This document shows, one piece after another, positions 55,467-64,000 of a DNA stretch of 64,000 nt. The notes below the pieces were generated by a model. It searched no databases. It saw nothing but the letters and a program-made list of their open reading frames with translations, and was not told the DNA's origin. The DNA is from Acidobacteriaceae bacterium (GTDB taxonomy: Bacteria; Acidobacteriota; Terriglobia; Terriglobales; Acidobacteriaceae), in the NCBI GenBank assembly GCA_025356095.1, contig JANXUR010000051.1, positions 67,730-131,729 on the forward strand, read 5' to 3'. Made by a program: the position numbers and the translations under genes. Each line of letters opens with the position of its first letter. Within the stretch, counting starts at the first letter, position 1.

Positions 55467-56387
55467 ATGCGCAATGCCCTCAAGTTGCTGTGCTCTGCTC
55501 TATTCGTCCTGACGGTACTAGCCCCGCTTCCGCTTGCGGCGCAGTTCCGCACCTACCAGATGGATCCTTCTAACAACCGCGTTTATGGCATCAACGACCG
55601 CGGCGATGTTGTCGGCGCGCAAGGCATTCATGCCTTCAAGGTCCAAGGTGGATCCGCCAACACGGGCGGCGGTAGCATCTCGCTCTACGACTTTCCGGGC
55701 GCAGTGTTCTCCTATGCCATAGGCATCAGCGGCAATGGCAACATTGTCGGCAACTATGCGGACACGGTCACCCAGCACTGCTATACGTATGACGTAAAGG
55801 GCTACCGTTCGCGTGATATTTCCACCGCGCAATTTACGTCGTGCGCTGGCATTCAGGGGAACACAATCTTTGGCTACTTTCTCGATGGCAGCGGGTCGCA
55901 CGGTTTTTACGAGACAGGAGCCGGCGTGGTCACCCAGTTGGACTATCCGGCTGCAGGCCTTACCGACGTGCAAGGTATGTATGGATCCGGCAGTTCGCAG
56001 CTCATCTATGGCACCTATGTCGGCGGGGACTGTCCGTTGACTGAATGCGGCTTCGTTTACTCGGCGGCGACCAGCACGTTTACGTCAATTCAACCCAATG
56101 TGCTGGATCTCTATGGCGATGCGCCTTGCGCCGTGACGGGCACAAGCGTGACGTCTACTGGTGCGGTGTACGGAACTCTCGCCTACCGGTGTGGCGGCCC
56201 GCAGGTGCCATATGGGGGCTTTGTCTCTGATGGCAAGGGTGGATATCGAGGCTACAACTACGGTGCCGCCGGGGTTTACGACGTAACCCGGCTCTGGGGA
56301 ATGAACAAGAACGACGCTAAGGTTGGTGATACAGGCTTCTCGGTCACCCCTGACACTACGTTAGGCTACTTCGACGGCCAGAAGTAG
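55467..56387 (+). CDS. secreted repeat protein (short Gly/Asn-rich beta-strand repeats)
   Basis: 306-aa ORF with the signal peptide MRNALKLLCSALFVLTVLAPLPLAAQ. Recurring motifs are GINDRGDVVG, GISGNGNIVGNY, GIQGNTIFGY and YGTYVGG. Confidence 0.7.
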   Translation: MRNALKLLCSALFVLTVLAPLPLAAQFRTYQMDPSNNRVYGINDRGDVVGAQGIHAFKVQGGSANTGGGSISLYDFPGAVFSYAIGISGNGNIVGNYADTVTQHCYTYDVKGYRSRDISTAQFTSCAGIQGNTIFGYFLDGSGSHGFYETGAGVVTQLDYPAAGLTDVQGMYGSGSSQLIYGTYVGGDCPLTECGFVYSAATSTFTSIQPNVLDLYGDAPCAVTGTSVTSTGAVYGTLAYRCGGPQVPYGGFVSDGKGGYRGYNYGAAGVYDVTRLWGMNKNDAKVGDTGFSVTPDTTLGYFDGQK

Positions 56388-56453
56388 GCCGCTACAGACC
56401 AGCCAGGTTCCCCTTGGCTCAGAGCAGTTTAGCCGGTGTCAGTTAGCCAATAG

Positions 56454-56485
56454 CAGGGCTGCGGCGAGAAATCGCCGCAGCCCTG
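56454..56485. terminator. perfect 14-bp hairpin with GAAA tetraloop between convergent genes
   Basis: cagggctgcggcga-gaaa-tcgccgcagccctg, read directly. It is followed by ttccc on the plus strand. Confidence 0.6.
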
Positions 56486-56543
56486 TTCCCGCAGACTCTC
56501 CGCAGATCCGTTGTGAACCGAGTCGTATTTTACGAAGCGTGTC

Positions 56544-57140
56544 TTAGCTGGGTGTTTTACTCATCAGGGCCGGTTCACTCAAATAGCGCTTCACCCAAGC
56601 CTCGGCCAGACGGCTCTCTCGGGTAAGCGTTGCAATCGAAATGCCCAGCGTCTCCGCCACTTCCGCCCCGCCCAGACCGCCAAAGTATTTCAATTCCAAT
56701 AACTTCGACTTGCGCTGGTCAAACGCCGCCAGGTCCGTTAGCGCGGAATCCAGGTGCAGAAGGCGGTTTGGGAGGAAGGCTTGATAGCTAAACTCCTCAT
56801 TCAGCGTCACTTGTACCCCGCCGTCCCGCTTGGCGGAGCCCCGTTTGCGGGCATGATCCACTAGCACCTGCCGCATTAGGTGCGAGGCCAGCGCGAAGAA
56901 GCGCGTCCGGTCGGAGGCTTCCCGCGGGGAGTGCTTCATCATGCGCAGGTAGGCCTCGTGAATCAGGTCGGTTGCCTGCAAGGTGTGTCCGCCGCGCTCG
57001 TCGCGCAGGCGGCTTTTTGCGATACGGCGTAACTCCCGGTAAATGAGTGGCATAAGCTGCCCCAGGGCGCCTTGGTCCCCGCTATGCCACTGCGCCAGCA
57101 ACTCAGTTACCGCGCCCGACGTACCCTCCGGCATGCCCAT
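56544..57140 (-). CDS. ECF-type sigma factor (Sig70_X6-like group that pairs with Ser/Thr kinases)
   Basis: 198-aa ORF. VTELLAQWHSGDQGALGQLMPLIYRELRRIAKSRLRDERGGHTLQATDLIHEAYLRM is followed by a region 4 HTH (YFGGLGGAEVAETLGISIATLTRESRLAEAWV). Confidence 0.85.
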   Translation of the reverse strand: MGMPEGTSGAVTELLAQWHSGDQGALGQLMPLIYRELRRIAKSRLRDERGGHTLQATDLIHEAYLRMMKHSPREASDRTRFFALASHLMRQVLVDHARKRGSAKRDGGVQVTLNEEFSYQAFLPNRLLHLDSALTDLAAFDQRKSKLLELKYFGGLGGAEVAETLGISIATLTRESRLAEAWVKRYLSEPALMSKTPS

Positions 57141-57213
57141 TCTCCCAAGTTGAAATCATCCACAGGCAATCGCACGGGAACAATTCCTTAGCACTATACT
57201 CCAACAGGACGGA

Positions 57214-59934
57214 GTGACCCTTTTCTTGGCGATAAACCCTGAACTTTGGCGGCGGGTGGAGGAGCATTTTGATACCTTGGTGCTTCAGTCGCCCCACGCG
57301 CAGCAGGCTGGCCTGCAAGCGATCGCCGACCCTTGGCTGCGTGGCGAGGTCGAGGCGCTTTTGCAACATGCTGGCGACACTGCGCCGGTGGGCGACGCCA
57401 TCGCAGCTGCCGCCGAAGAGGTCACGGCCGCTCAATCCCCCGAGCCCGAAGGCCCCCAGCGCATCGGCCCTTACCGCGTGGTCGGCCGTATTGGCCGCGG
57501 CGGTCAGGGCGTGGTCTATGAGGCTCAGCGCGACGACGGTGCCTACCGCAAGCGCGTCGCTATCAAGATTATTCCATGGGAGCTGGATAGCGATGCCACC
57601 CGCCAGAATTTTCGCCGCGAGCGCGACCTGCTGGCGCAGTTGGAGCATCCCTGCATCGCCCGTCTGCTAGAGGGTGGCGACACGCCCAACGGTGCCCCCT
57701 ATCTTGTCATGGAGTTTGTCGAGGGTCGCCCGATCACTAAAGCTGCCGCGTCATGGTCGCGGGAAGCTAAGCTCCGTCTCTTCCTGCGGGTGGCCGAAGC
57801 CGTCGAGTATGCCCATCGCCACCTGATCGTCCACCGCGACCTGAAGCCGAATAACGTTCTGGTCACGGCCGACGGCACCCCGAAGCTGCTCGACTTCGGC
57901 ATCGCCAAGCTAGTGGATAAGTCCGGGCCCGCCACCGTCACCGCCGTCTGGGCACTGACGCCGGATTACGCCAGCCCCGAGCAGGTGCTGGGCTTGCCCA
58001 TCTCCACCGCCTCGGACGTTTACTCGCTCGGCATCCTGCTCTACGAACTGCTCATCGGAACCCGCCCCTACTCGCTCGAAACCAGCTCGCCGGTGGAAGT
58101 GCAGCGCGTGATCTGCCAGGTTGAGCCGCCGGTCCCGCATCTCTCGCCCGACCTCGACAGCATCATCCTCATGGCGCTACGCAAGGAGCCGGACCGCCGC
58201 TACAACTCGGTGCGCGGCTTCGCCCTCGACATTGAAAACTACCTGGCGCGCAAGCCGGTGCAAGCCCGTCCCGATTCCTGGGCCTACCGCGTGCGCAAGT
58301 TCACTGCGCGCCACTGGCTGCCCCTCTCCGCGGCTGCGCTCGCGCTAGCTTGCATTCTCGGCTTTGCTGGTGCCGCCGTTTATCAGGCGCGCATTGCCCA
58401 GCGTCAGGCCGAAATTGCCCGCACCCGCGTCGTCCAGTTGCGTAACCTGACCCATCGCGAGATATTCGCCTACTACGAAGACCTTGCCCGGCTTCGCGGC
58501 ACCGCTGCGGTGCGGGAAGCGATGATGGGTGATGCCATCGCCTATCTGGACCAGCTGGCCGATGTGGTGGGAGACGATCCGGCAGTACTGGGCGAACTGG
58601 CCGCCGCCTACAAGCGTGCGGGCGATGCCCAAGGGAACGCGCGTTCTTCCGGTGCGGAGAAGACCGATGCCGCTCTCGCCAGCTATCGCCACGCCATGTT
58701 GCTTTACCAGCGCGCGGTGACGCTTGACCCTGCCCATCGCCCACAGTTTGCCCTCTTTCTAGTGGACTACACTGACCTGCTCCGCGTGGAAGGTCAGATT
58801 GAGGATGCCAAGGCAGTGGCACGGCAGTCGGTGGAGAACTGGAGACAGATTGGGCAGAGCGACCCCCAGAGCCTCGCCGCAGTAGAGGGCCAGAGCCGCG
58901 CCTGGTACAACCTGGGCCGCATTGCCGCAGATGAGGGAGAGTTTCGCAATTCGCTTGCCGCCCTGCAGCAGGGCTGGGATCTCGCCAGTGTGCTGCTGGC
59001 GCGGCGCAATTCCAATGACGACCTTGCTTTTGCCGGGGATCTGCAAGTGCATCTCGCCAAAACGTTGGCAGCAACCGGTCGCCTAGAGCAGGCGGTGGCG
59101 TCGCTCGCCGAGGCTGCCGTGCTGCAGCAGAAGGGTGTCGCCCTGAATCCCGGTTCCCGCGACGTATTGGAGGCTCCCCAAGCCCTTTACTCTGCGCGTT
59201 CGAGCGTCGAACTGGAGTGGATGATGCCGAGCCGTAACGATGCGGCGGGCGCTGGCGCCGCATCGCAACAGGAGGTGGCGGAGTTGCGGCACCTTACGGC
59301 CAACGACCCAACTGATGAGGTAGGTCGCTCATTGCTGGCCACGGCCCTGTATCGCGAATCGTATGCGCTGGGCGGCTTGCAGCCTGCTCGCGCCGTGCAG
59401 TTGGCCACGGAGGCGGTTGCCATGGTTGACCAGCAATTCACTCGGATCGGGACGAACCGCATGCGCCGGGCCCGGCGTAACCGCGCCTTGCAGCGACTGG
59501 CTGAAGCCCAGTTGGCCAACGGGCAACTGCGCGACGCCCTGCGAACCAATCAGGCTGCCGTGGCCGAATACCGGGTGCTCGCACACGAGGGCGAAGGCAG
59601 CTTCGCGGAACTAGCCCTGGTGGAATGTTTTCTCGATGCGGCCGTGATTCACACCCGGATGGGTAACTCCAGCGCTGCCCTCGAGGACTTGGAGCAGGCG
59701 CAAATGAGAGCGCAGGGAATTCTCGCCCACATGCCCGGCGAACTGACATCCATCCTGCCTGTCTCGCTGGTGGAAGAGGCTATCGCCACGCACTGGCGCG
59801 CCCGCGGCGACTTCGCCCAGGCCCGCCAGCACCTGGCATACGCGCTGACGTTATGGCAGAACTACTCTGACCAGAACAACTACGTGAAGTCGCAGACCCT
59901 GCGTCTGCAAAGGCTGGCTGCGGCGATTCCCTAG
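57214..59934 (+). CDS. Ser/Thr protein kinase with TM segment and long TPR-like C-terminal region
   Basis: 906-aa ORF with kinase motifs GRGGQGVVYEA, VAIKII, HRDLKPNNVLV, DFGIAK and SDVYSLG. A TM helix (WLPLSAAALALACILGFAGAAVY) and about 500 aa of helical repeats follow. Confidence 0.92.
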   Translation: MTLFLAINPELWRRVEEHFDTLVLQSPHAQQAGLQAIADPWLRGEVEALLQHAGDTAPVGDAIAAAAEEVTAAQSPEPEGPQRIGPYRVVGRIGRGGQGVVYEAQRDDGAYRKRVAIKIIPWELDSDATRQNFRRERDLLAQLEHPCIARLLEGGDTPNGAPYLVMEFVEGRPITKAAASWSREAKLRLFLRVAEAVEYAHRHLIVHRDLKPNNVLVTADGTPKLLDFGIAKLVDKSGPATVTAVWALTPDYASPEQVLGLPISTASDVYSLGILLYELLIGTRPYSLETSSPVEVQRVICQVEPPVPHLSPDLDSIILMALRKEPDRRYNSVRGFALDIENYLARKPVQARPDSWAYRVRKFTARHWLPLSAAALALACILGFAGAAVYQARIAQRQAEIARTRVVQLRNLTHREIFAYYEDLARLRGTAAVREAMMGDAIAYLDQLADVVGDDPAVLGELAAAYKRAGDAQGNARSSGAEKTDAALASYRHAMLLYQRAVTLDPAHRPQFALFLVDYTDLLRVEGQIEDAKAVARQSVENWRQIGQSDPQSLAAVEGQSRAWYNLGRIAADEGEFRNSLAALQQGWDLASVLLARRNSNDDLAFAGDLQVHLAKTLAATGRLEQAVASLAEAAVLQQKGVALNPGSRDVLEAPQALYSARSSVELEWMMPSRNDAAGAGAASQQEVAELRHLTANDPTDEVGRSLLATALYRESYALGGLQPARAVQLATEAVAMVDQQFTRIGTNRMRRARRNRALQRLAEAQLANGQLRDALRTNQAAVAEYRVLAHEGEGSFAELALVECFLDAAVIHTRMGNSSAALEDLEQAQMRAQGILAHMPGELTSILPVSLVEEAIATHWRARGDFAQARQHLAYALTLWQNYSDQNNYVKSQTLRLQRLAAAIP

Positions 59935-59960
59935 TCTTCCGTAGCTTGGCCTAGTCTTGC

Positions 59961-61103
59961 TTAGTCCTTCAGCAACTGCCGCGCAATCACCAGGCGCTGA
60001 ATCTCGCTGGTGCCTTCGCCGATCGTGCACAACTTTACGTCGCGATAAAACTTCTCCGCGGGATAGTCCTTGATAAAGCCATAGCCGCCGTGGATCTGCA
60101 CACTTTCATTGGCGCAGCGCACTGCCACTTCACTGGCAAACAGCTTGGCCATGGACGACTCCTGCGTCGTCTTCATGCCTTTGTCTTTCATGTCGGCGGC
60201 GCGCAGCGTGAGCAGGCGCGCGGCTTCAATCTCGGTGGCCATATCAGCCAGCTTCCACTGGATCGCCTGAAACTCACTGATGGCCTTGCCAAACTGCTTG
60301 CGCTGCTTGGAGTACTTGAGCGCGCAATCATACGCACCCTGCGCCATGCCGAGCGAGAGTGCGGCGATGGAGATACGTCCGCCATCCAGCACCCGCATTG
60401 CGTCAATAAAGCCGTCGCCCTCTTTGCCGAGTAAATTCTCGTTGGGCACGAAGCAGTCTTCAAAAATCAGCTCTGCGGTATCGCTGGCTCGCAAGCCGAG
60501 CTTATTTTCCTTCTTCCCCGCGCGAAAGCCCTTGTAGTCTTTCTCCACGATGAAGGCACTCAGGCCATGGGTACGCGCCGACTTGTCGGTCACCGCGATG
60601 ATGGTGAGCACATCCGCATAGTGGCCATTGGTGATGAAGGTTTTGGTTCCGTTCAGCAGGTAGCCGCCGGGGACTTTCGTCGCCGTAGTGCGCGCGCCGC
60701 CCGCATCCGAACCGGCGCCAGATTCGGTGAGTCCCCACGCGCCGATAAACTCTCCACTTGCCAGCCGGGGGATGTACTTCTTCCGCTGATCCTCGTTGCC
60801 TGCCAGATAAATGTGATTGGTGCCCAGTGAAGTGTGCGCCGCCAGAATGATGCCTACCGAGCCATCCACTCGAGAAAGCTCGTCAATCGCCGTGGCATAT
60901 TCGATGTAGCCCATGCCGGCGCCGCCGTATTCCACGGGAAACACGATGCCCAGCAGGCCCAGCTTGCCCAGTTCCTTGATGGTGGCGAGCGGAAATTCGC
61001 TGGCCTCGTCCCACTCCATGACGTGGGGCAGAATTTCGCGCTCGGCGAATTCGCGGACGGACTTCTTCAATTGCAGTTGTTCTTCGTTGAGCTGGAAATC
61101 CAT
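59961..61103 (-). CDS. acyl-CoA dehydrogenase
   Basis: 380-aa ORF with a full-length ACAD pattern ([16 protein letters not shown], ...[34 protein letters not shown]). Confidence 0.93.
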   Translation of the reverse strand: MDFQLNEEQLQLKKSVREFAEREILPHVMEWDEASEFPLATIKELGKLGLLGIVFPVEYGGAGMGYIEYATAIDELSRVDGSVGIILAAHTSLGTNHIYLAGNEDQRKKYIPRLASGEFIGAWGLTESGAGSDAGGARTTATKVPGGYLLNGTKTFITNGHYADVLTIIAVTDKSARTHGLSAFIVEKDYKGFRAGKKENKLGLRASDTAELIFEDCFVPNENLLGKEGDGFIDAMRVLDGGRISIAALSLGMAQGAYDCALKYSKQRKQFGKAISEFQAIQWKLADMATEIEAARLLTLRAADMKDKGMKTTQESSMAKLFASEVAVRCANESVQIHGGYGFIKDYPAEKFYRDVKLCTIGEGTSEIQRLVIARQLLKD

Positions 61104-61161
61104 AAGGGCCTCACTTCATCCGCAGCACGCTTGTTCAGCATCTAGCTGAGACATAAGAATC

Positions 61162-61179
61162 ACTAATAATACTATTAGT
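61162..61179. promoter_or_regulatory. AT-rich inverted repeat ACTAATA-ATAC-TATTAGT in the divergent intergenic region
   Basis: Read directly. It lies 59 nt upstream of the ACAD start and 155 nt upstream of the CADD-like start. Confidence 0.5.
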
Positions 61180-61333
61180 AATGCTTATTACAGTGCAAGC
61201 GATGTGTTTCAAGCCTTTCGCGGTCGCCGCTTTGGGCGGCAGTTTGTTGGGGTCGCCATTATGGTATAAACGTTAGCTTAGTGGCTGCGAATGCGGTGGC
61301 CGCTACCGCGAATTATTTTCAAGGAGAGTGCCC

Positions 61334-62029
61334 ATGCCTTCCGCCAATTTTTTGGACCAACTCGATACCCGCATTGCAAAATATGACCTGCTCTGCCATC
61401 CCTTTTATAAGGCGTGGAGCGCAGGCGAACTGACGCGCGACGACCTGCGCGAGTATTCCTTGGACTACTATCATCACGTGAACGCGTTTCCGCAGAACCT
61501 GGCAACGCTGGCAGCGCGCTTGCCCGAAGGTGAAACCCGGCGCGCAGTGTTGTCGAATCTGGCCGATGAAAATGGCGGCGATGCAGCGAATGGCCGTGAG
61601 CATGCCGAAATTTGGCTGGATTTTGCCGAGGGAATGGGCGCAGGCCGCTACGCTGGCAATGCGGCTCCTGCTGGCATGGCTGAACTGACTGCTCACTTTG
61701 CCGACGTGGCGGCCACAGCCGCTACCGAAGAGGCGCTGGCGGCGTTCTATGCGTACGAGTCGCAGGTGCCGCGGGTGGCCGTGGAAAAAGAAAAGGGTCT
61801 GCGCCAACTGTACGGCGCTGATGACCGCACCGTTGGTTACTTCACCTTGCATCAGGCGGCTGATATTTTCCACACGAACGTGTGGAAGCAGCAACTCGCG
61901 CGGACGGTGGGCACTGACGCCGCGGCAGAAGGCCGCGCGCTGGATGCAGCAGAATTGGCGGCAAAGGCTCTTTGGACTGCGCTGGATGGCATTGAGCAGC
62001 GTCGGCAGGCCCGCAAGCTGGCGGCGTAA
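61334..62029 (+). CDS. CADD/PqqC/TenA-like haem-oxygenase-fold iron-dependent redox protein
   Basis: In frame with track ORF 61328..62029. ATG 61334 lies 7 nt after GGAGA. HPFYKAWSAGELTRDDLREYSLDYYHHVNAFPQNLA ... NLADENGG ... HAEIWLDFAEG ... FYAYESQVP resembles CADD-type proteins. Confidence 0.8.
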   Translation: MPSANFLDQLDTRIAKYDLLCHPFYKAWSAGELTRDDLREYSLDYYHHVNAFPQNLATLAARLPEGETRRAVLSNLADENGGDAANGREHAEIWLDFAEGMGAGRYAGNAAPAGMAELTAHFADVAATAATEEALAAFYAYESQVPRVAVEKEKGLRQLYGADDRTVGYFTLHQAADIFHTNVWKQQLARTVGTDAAAEGRALDAAELAAKALWTALDGIEQRRQARKLAA

Positions 62030-62052
62030 GCGAAGTTGAGTTGTTGTGGATG

Positions 62053-62080
62053 CAAGGGCGCGGCTTCGGTCGCGCCCTTG
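62053..62080. terminator. 10-bp GC hairpin (caagggcgcg-8 nt-cgcgcccttg) between convergent genes
   Basis: Read directly. There is no U-tract on either side. Confidence 0.45.
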
Positions 62081-62103
62081 GTGTGCTCGCCCCCGAACCC
62101 TCG

Positions 62104-62490
62104 CTAGCCCCTGTGAACGATAGCGTCGTTAACCGCAGTCACAATGCCCTCAATAAGTGCGCGGTTCTTCGATTCCAAAGGCGTTGATTCGCCCGAACTG
62201 CTCGATACCCTAATGCCGTACTCCGTCTTTTGGCCGGACAAAATCAAGATGCCAACCACGATTGCACCGAGCGCAAAATAGGGAACTTGCGAAGTCATGA
62301 AGTCAACCATGCCCCACATGACGCCGCCAAGAATGAAAACAATCGGCCAGAATCGGCTAGGGTGTTTTACTGATGTCGAGACGGATGCGATATTCGCAAG
62401 CGCGTAAGTCACATTTGCAATGATCAGTCGGGAAGACGTGACGCGGATGGCACCATTTTCGTAAAAAAGTTTCTCTGAGCTCTCCGACAC
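62104..62490 (-). CDS. hypothetical membrane protein
   Basis: 128-aa ORF with a soluble N-terminal beta-like segment (YENGAIRVTSSRLIIANVTYALANIASVS) and two TM helices. G+C looks lower than in the neighbouring genes. Confidence 0.55.
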   Translation of the reverse strand: MSESSEKLFYENGAIRVTSSRLIIANVTYALANIASVSTSVKHPSRFWPIVFILGGVMWGMVDFMTSQVPYFALGAIVVGILILSGQKTEYGIRVSSSSGESTPLESKNRALIEGIVTAVNDAIVHRG

Positions 62491-62611
62491 TCGCGCCTCC
62501 TATCACCAAAATACCCAAGGAGTGTAGCCCGAGCGTCTCAAGAACGGTGTGTGCGCGAATGCGAGAGTTACTCCAGCCACGCTCGAAAACCTAACGAGAC
62601 TGACTGAGCCG

Positions 62612-63784
62612 CTACTCTAAAAACCGCTCAAACACTTCGTTTGAAACCAGCCGGCCGCGCGGCGTCAGCCGCACACGCTCTGCAAACTCCTCCAGTAATC
62701 CCTCTGCCACGCACCGCGCCACCACCGCCCGTTGCGGACCCATCGCCTCCGCCCCAAACTCCCGCTCCAGCTCCGCCGGGCTCACGCCCTGGTTTAGCCG
62801 CAGACCCAGAAAGAATCGTTCTTCCAGCGCCTGCGCCCGGCTCACCCGCGTCACGACCGGTGGCATCAACGGTGTCGGATACAGAAATCCATCCAGCGTG
62901 TCCGGCTTGGCAATCCGCACCGCCTCGCCGCCCTCGGCCCCCAACATCGAATGCGCATCCACGCCGACGCCCAAGTACGGCTGCCGTGTCCAGTACTTCA
63001 AGTTGTGCCGCGATTCAAACCCCGGGCGGGCAAAATTGGATATCTCATACTGCGCAATACCCGCAGCGTTCAAACGCTGGCAGGCGACTTCATAAAAATC
63101 TATGGTCATAGCGTCGTCCGGGACGAAATGCGCGTGGTAGCGTGTGCCTCCGGCCATCACTTCGCGGCCCAAGCGCGAGTCCTCGTCCACCTCGAGCATA
63201 TAAACGCTGACGTGGGGCACGCCCGTCTCAATCACCTCACTCACCGAAAACTCCCAGCTTTCGGCAGTCTGGTGCGGCAGTCCAGCAATCAAGTCCAAAT
63301 TGATGTTGGTGATGCCTGCGGCGCGGAGGCGCGCAATATCGGCCAGAGTCACGTCGCGGGTGTGCAGCCGGCCGACGGCGGCAGCTTCGCGATCCACAAA
63401 CGATTGCACGCCAAAGCTGATGCGATTGACCCCACTCGCCACCAGGGCCGCTAGAACCGCTTCGTCCAATGTGCCGGGAGCGCACTCCACGGTGATTTCA
63501 GCGGCGGGTGCAATGGCGAAACTCTGGCGCATGTGGGCAAACAGGCGGCACAAATCTTCTGGAGCTAAAGTGGTTGGAGTGCCGCCACCAAGGTACACTG
63601 TGTCCACCCCGGAATCGAGCTGCGCGCCGTGGGTTTGCGCCATGGACTGCGCGTTCGCGAATTCCGCACACGCCCGTTCTACGTAACGGGCAAACTGCGA
63701 TTGCGAAAAAACGCCTGACGCGAAGTTGCAATACGAACACTTGCTTCGGCAGAACGGCACGGAAAGATAGACGCCAGTGGGCAC
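62612..63784 (-). CDS. hemW: radical SAM haem chaperone HemW / HemN-like coproporphyrinogen oxidase family
   Basis: 390-aa ORF with the radical SAM motif CRSKCSYCNF, GGGTPT and a HemN_C-like C-terminus. Confidence 0.85.
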   Translation of the reverse strand: MPTGVYLSVPFCRSKCSYCNFASGVFSQSQFARYVERACAEFANAQSMAQTHGAQLDSGVDTVYLGGGTPTTLAPEDLCRLFAHMRQSFAIAPAAEITVECAPGTLDEAVLAALVASGVNRISFGVQSFVDREAAAVGRLHTRDVTLADIARLRAAGITNINLDLIAGLPHQTAESWEFSVSEVIETGVPHVSVYMLEVDEDSRLGREVMAGGTRYHAHFVPDDAMTIDFYEVACQRLNAAGIAQYEISNFARPGFESRHNLKYWTRQPYLGVGVDAHSMLGAEGGEAVRIAKPDTLDGFLYPTPLMPPVVTRVSRAQALEERFFLGLRLNQGVSPAELEREFGAEAMGPQRAVVARCVAEGLLEEFAERVRLTPRGRLVSNEVFERFLE

Positions 63785-63832
63785 AGCTTAATTATCCCAT
63801 TGTGCGCACCAGACAAAGGAAATCAATCACGA

Positions 63833-64000
63833 ATGATGCGGCGCGCAGTCATCACAGGCATGGGCATTGTTAGCCCCAACGGCATTGGGCGCACGGCGTT
63901 TGCGGCCTCGATTTTAGCGGGTAAAAGCGGCGTCAAGCGCATCACCCGCTTCGACCCCAGCGAACTGCACGCGCAAGTCGCAGGCGAGATCACGGACTTC
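63833..64000 (+). CDS. beta-ketoacyl-ACP synthase (KAS II-like), N-terminal fragment; continues beyond the window
   Basis: MMRRAVITGMGIVSPNGIGRTAFAASILAGKSGVKRITRFDPSELHAQVAGEITDF is a typical FabF/FabB N-terminus. Confidence 0.8.
   Translation, partial: MMRRAVITGMGIVSPNGIGRTAFAASILAGKSGVKRITRFDPSELHAQVAGEITDF

Noticed and set aside
58301-59263. 320-aa minus-strand ORF
   Set aside because: It is antisense to the Ser/Thr kinase TPR region, with Arg/Pro/Gly-rich composition.

Overview
High-GC bacterial chromosomal segment. Hand counts on 60-nt samples give about 68% G+C in core genes and 38-55% in several short patches. The gene content (X6-type ECF sigma factor paired with a Ser/Thr kinase, many TPR proteins, MacB-type efflux, a PQQ operon) would fit an Acidobacteriota-like soil bacterium, but I cannot verify the taxon.

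Most of the window is ordinary housekeeping. It holds lpdA (partial), a haem-sensor MCP, hemB, a histidine kinase, mutS2, dnaG and rpoD. It also holds a CoA-transferase, a four-gene MacB-type efflux operon, a Na+/solute symporter, phoU-like and pqqABCDE. Further along are ubiX, larB, rapZ and an MsbA-like ABC exporter. The block yicC-gmk-rpoZ-coaBC-udg-priA follows. The rest comprises a trans-sulfuration-family PLP enzyme, the ECF sigma/Ser-Thr kinase pair, an acyl-CoA dehydrogenase, a CADD/PqqC-like protein, hemW and fabF (partial).

Small accessory or decaying patches interrupt this backbone:
1. A translationally coupled XRE-HNH module with a divergent mini-ORF and a perfect palindrome, between mutS2 and dnaG.
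2. A stand-alone EEP-fold nuclease gene, between dnaG and rpoD.
3. An orphan Rhs C-terminal cassette whose toxin tip has the YkuD L,D-transpeptidase catalytic signature. Three candidate immunity or relic ORFs follow it, one of them SMI1/KNR4. About 0.5 kb of non-coding sequence lies upstream and ends in a strong terminator.
4. tRNA-Cys, followed by a decayed ABC-2 transporter operon and a partial copy of the tRNA 5' half.
5. A 1.6-kb low-GC stretch without convincing genes.
6. Two adjacent degenerate minisatellites (14-nt and 12-nt units) in a 637-bp divergent intergenic region.

Many long ORFs in the supplied track are antisense or out-of-frame artefacts of high GC and are not reported as features. 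I did not recognise any CRISPR array, rRNA, transposase or integrase.
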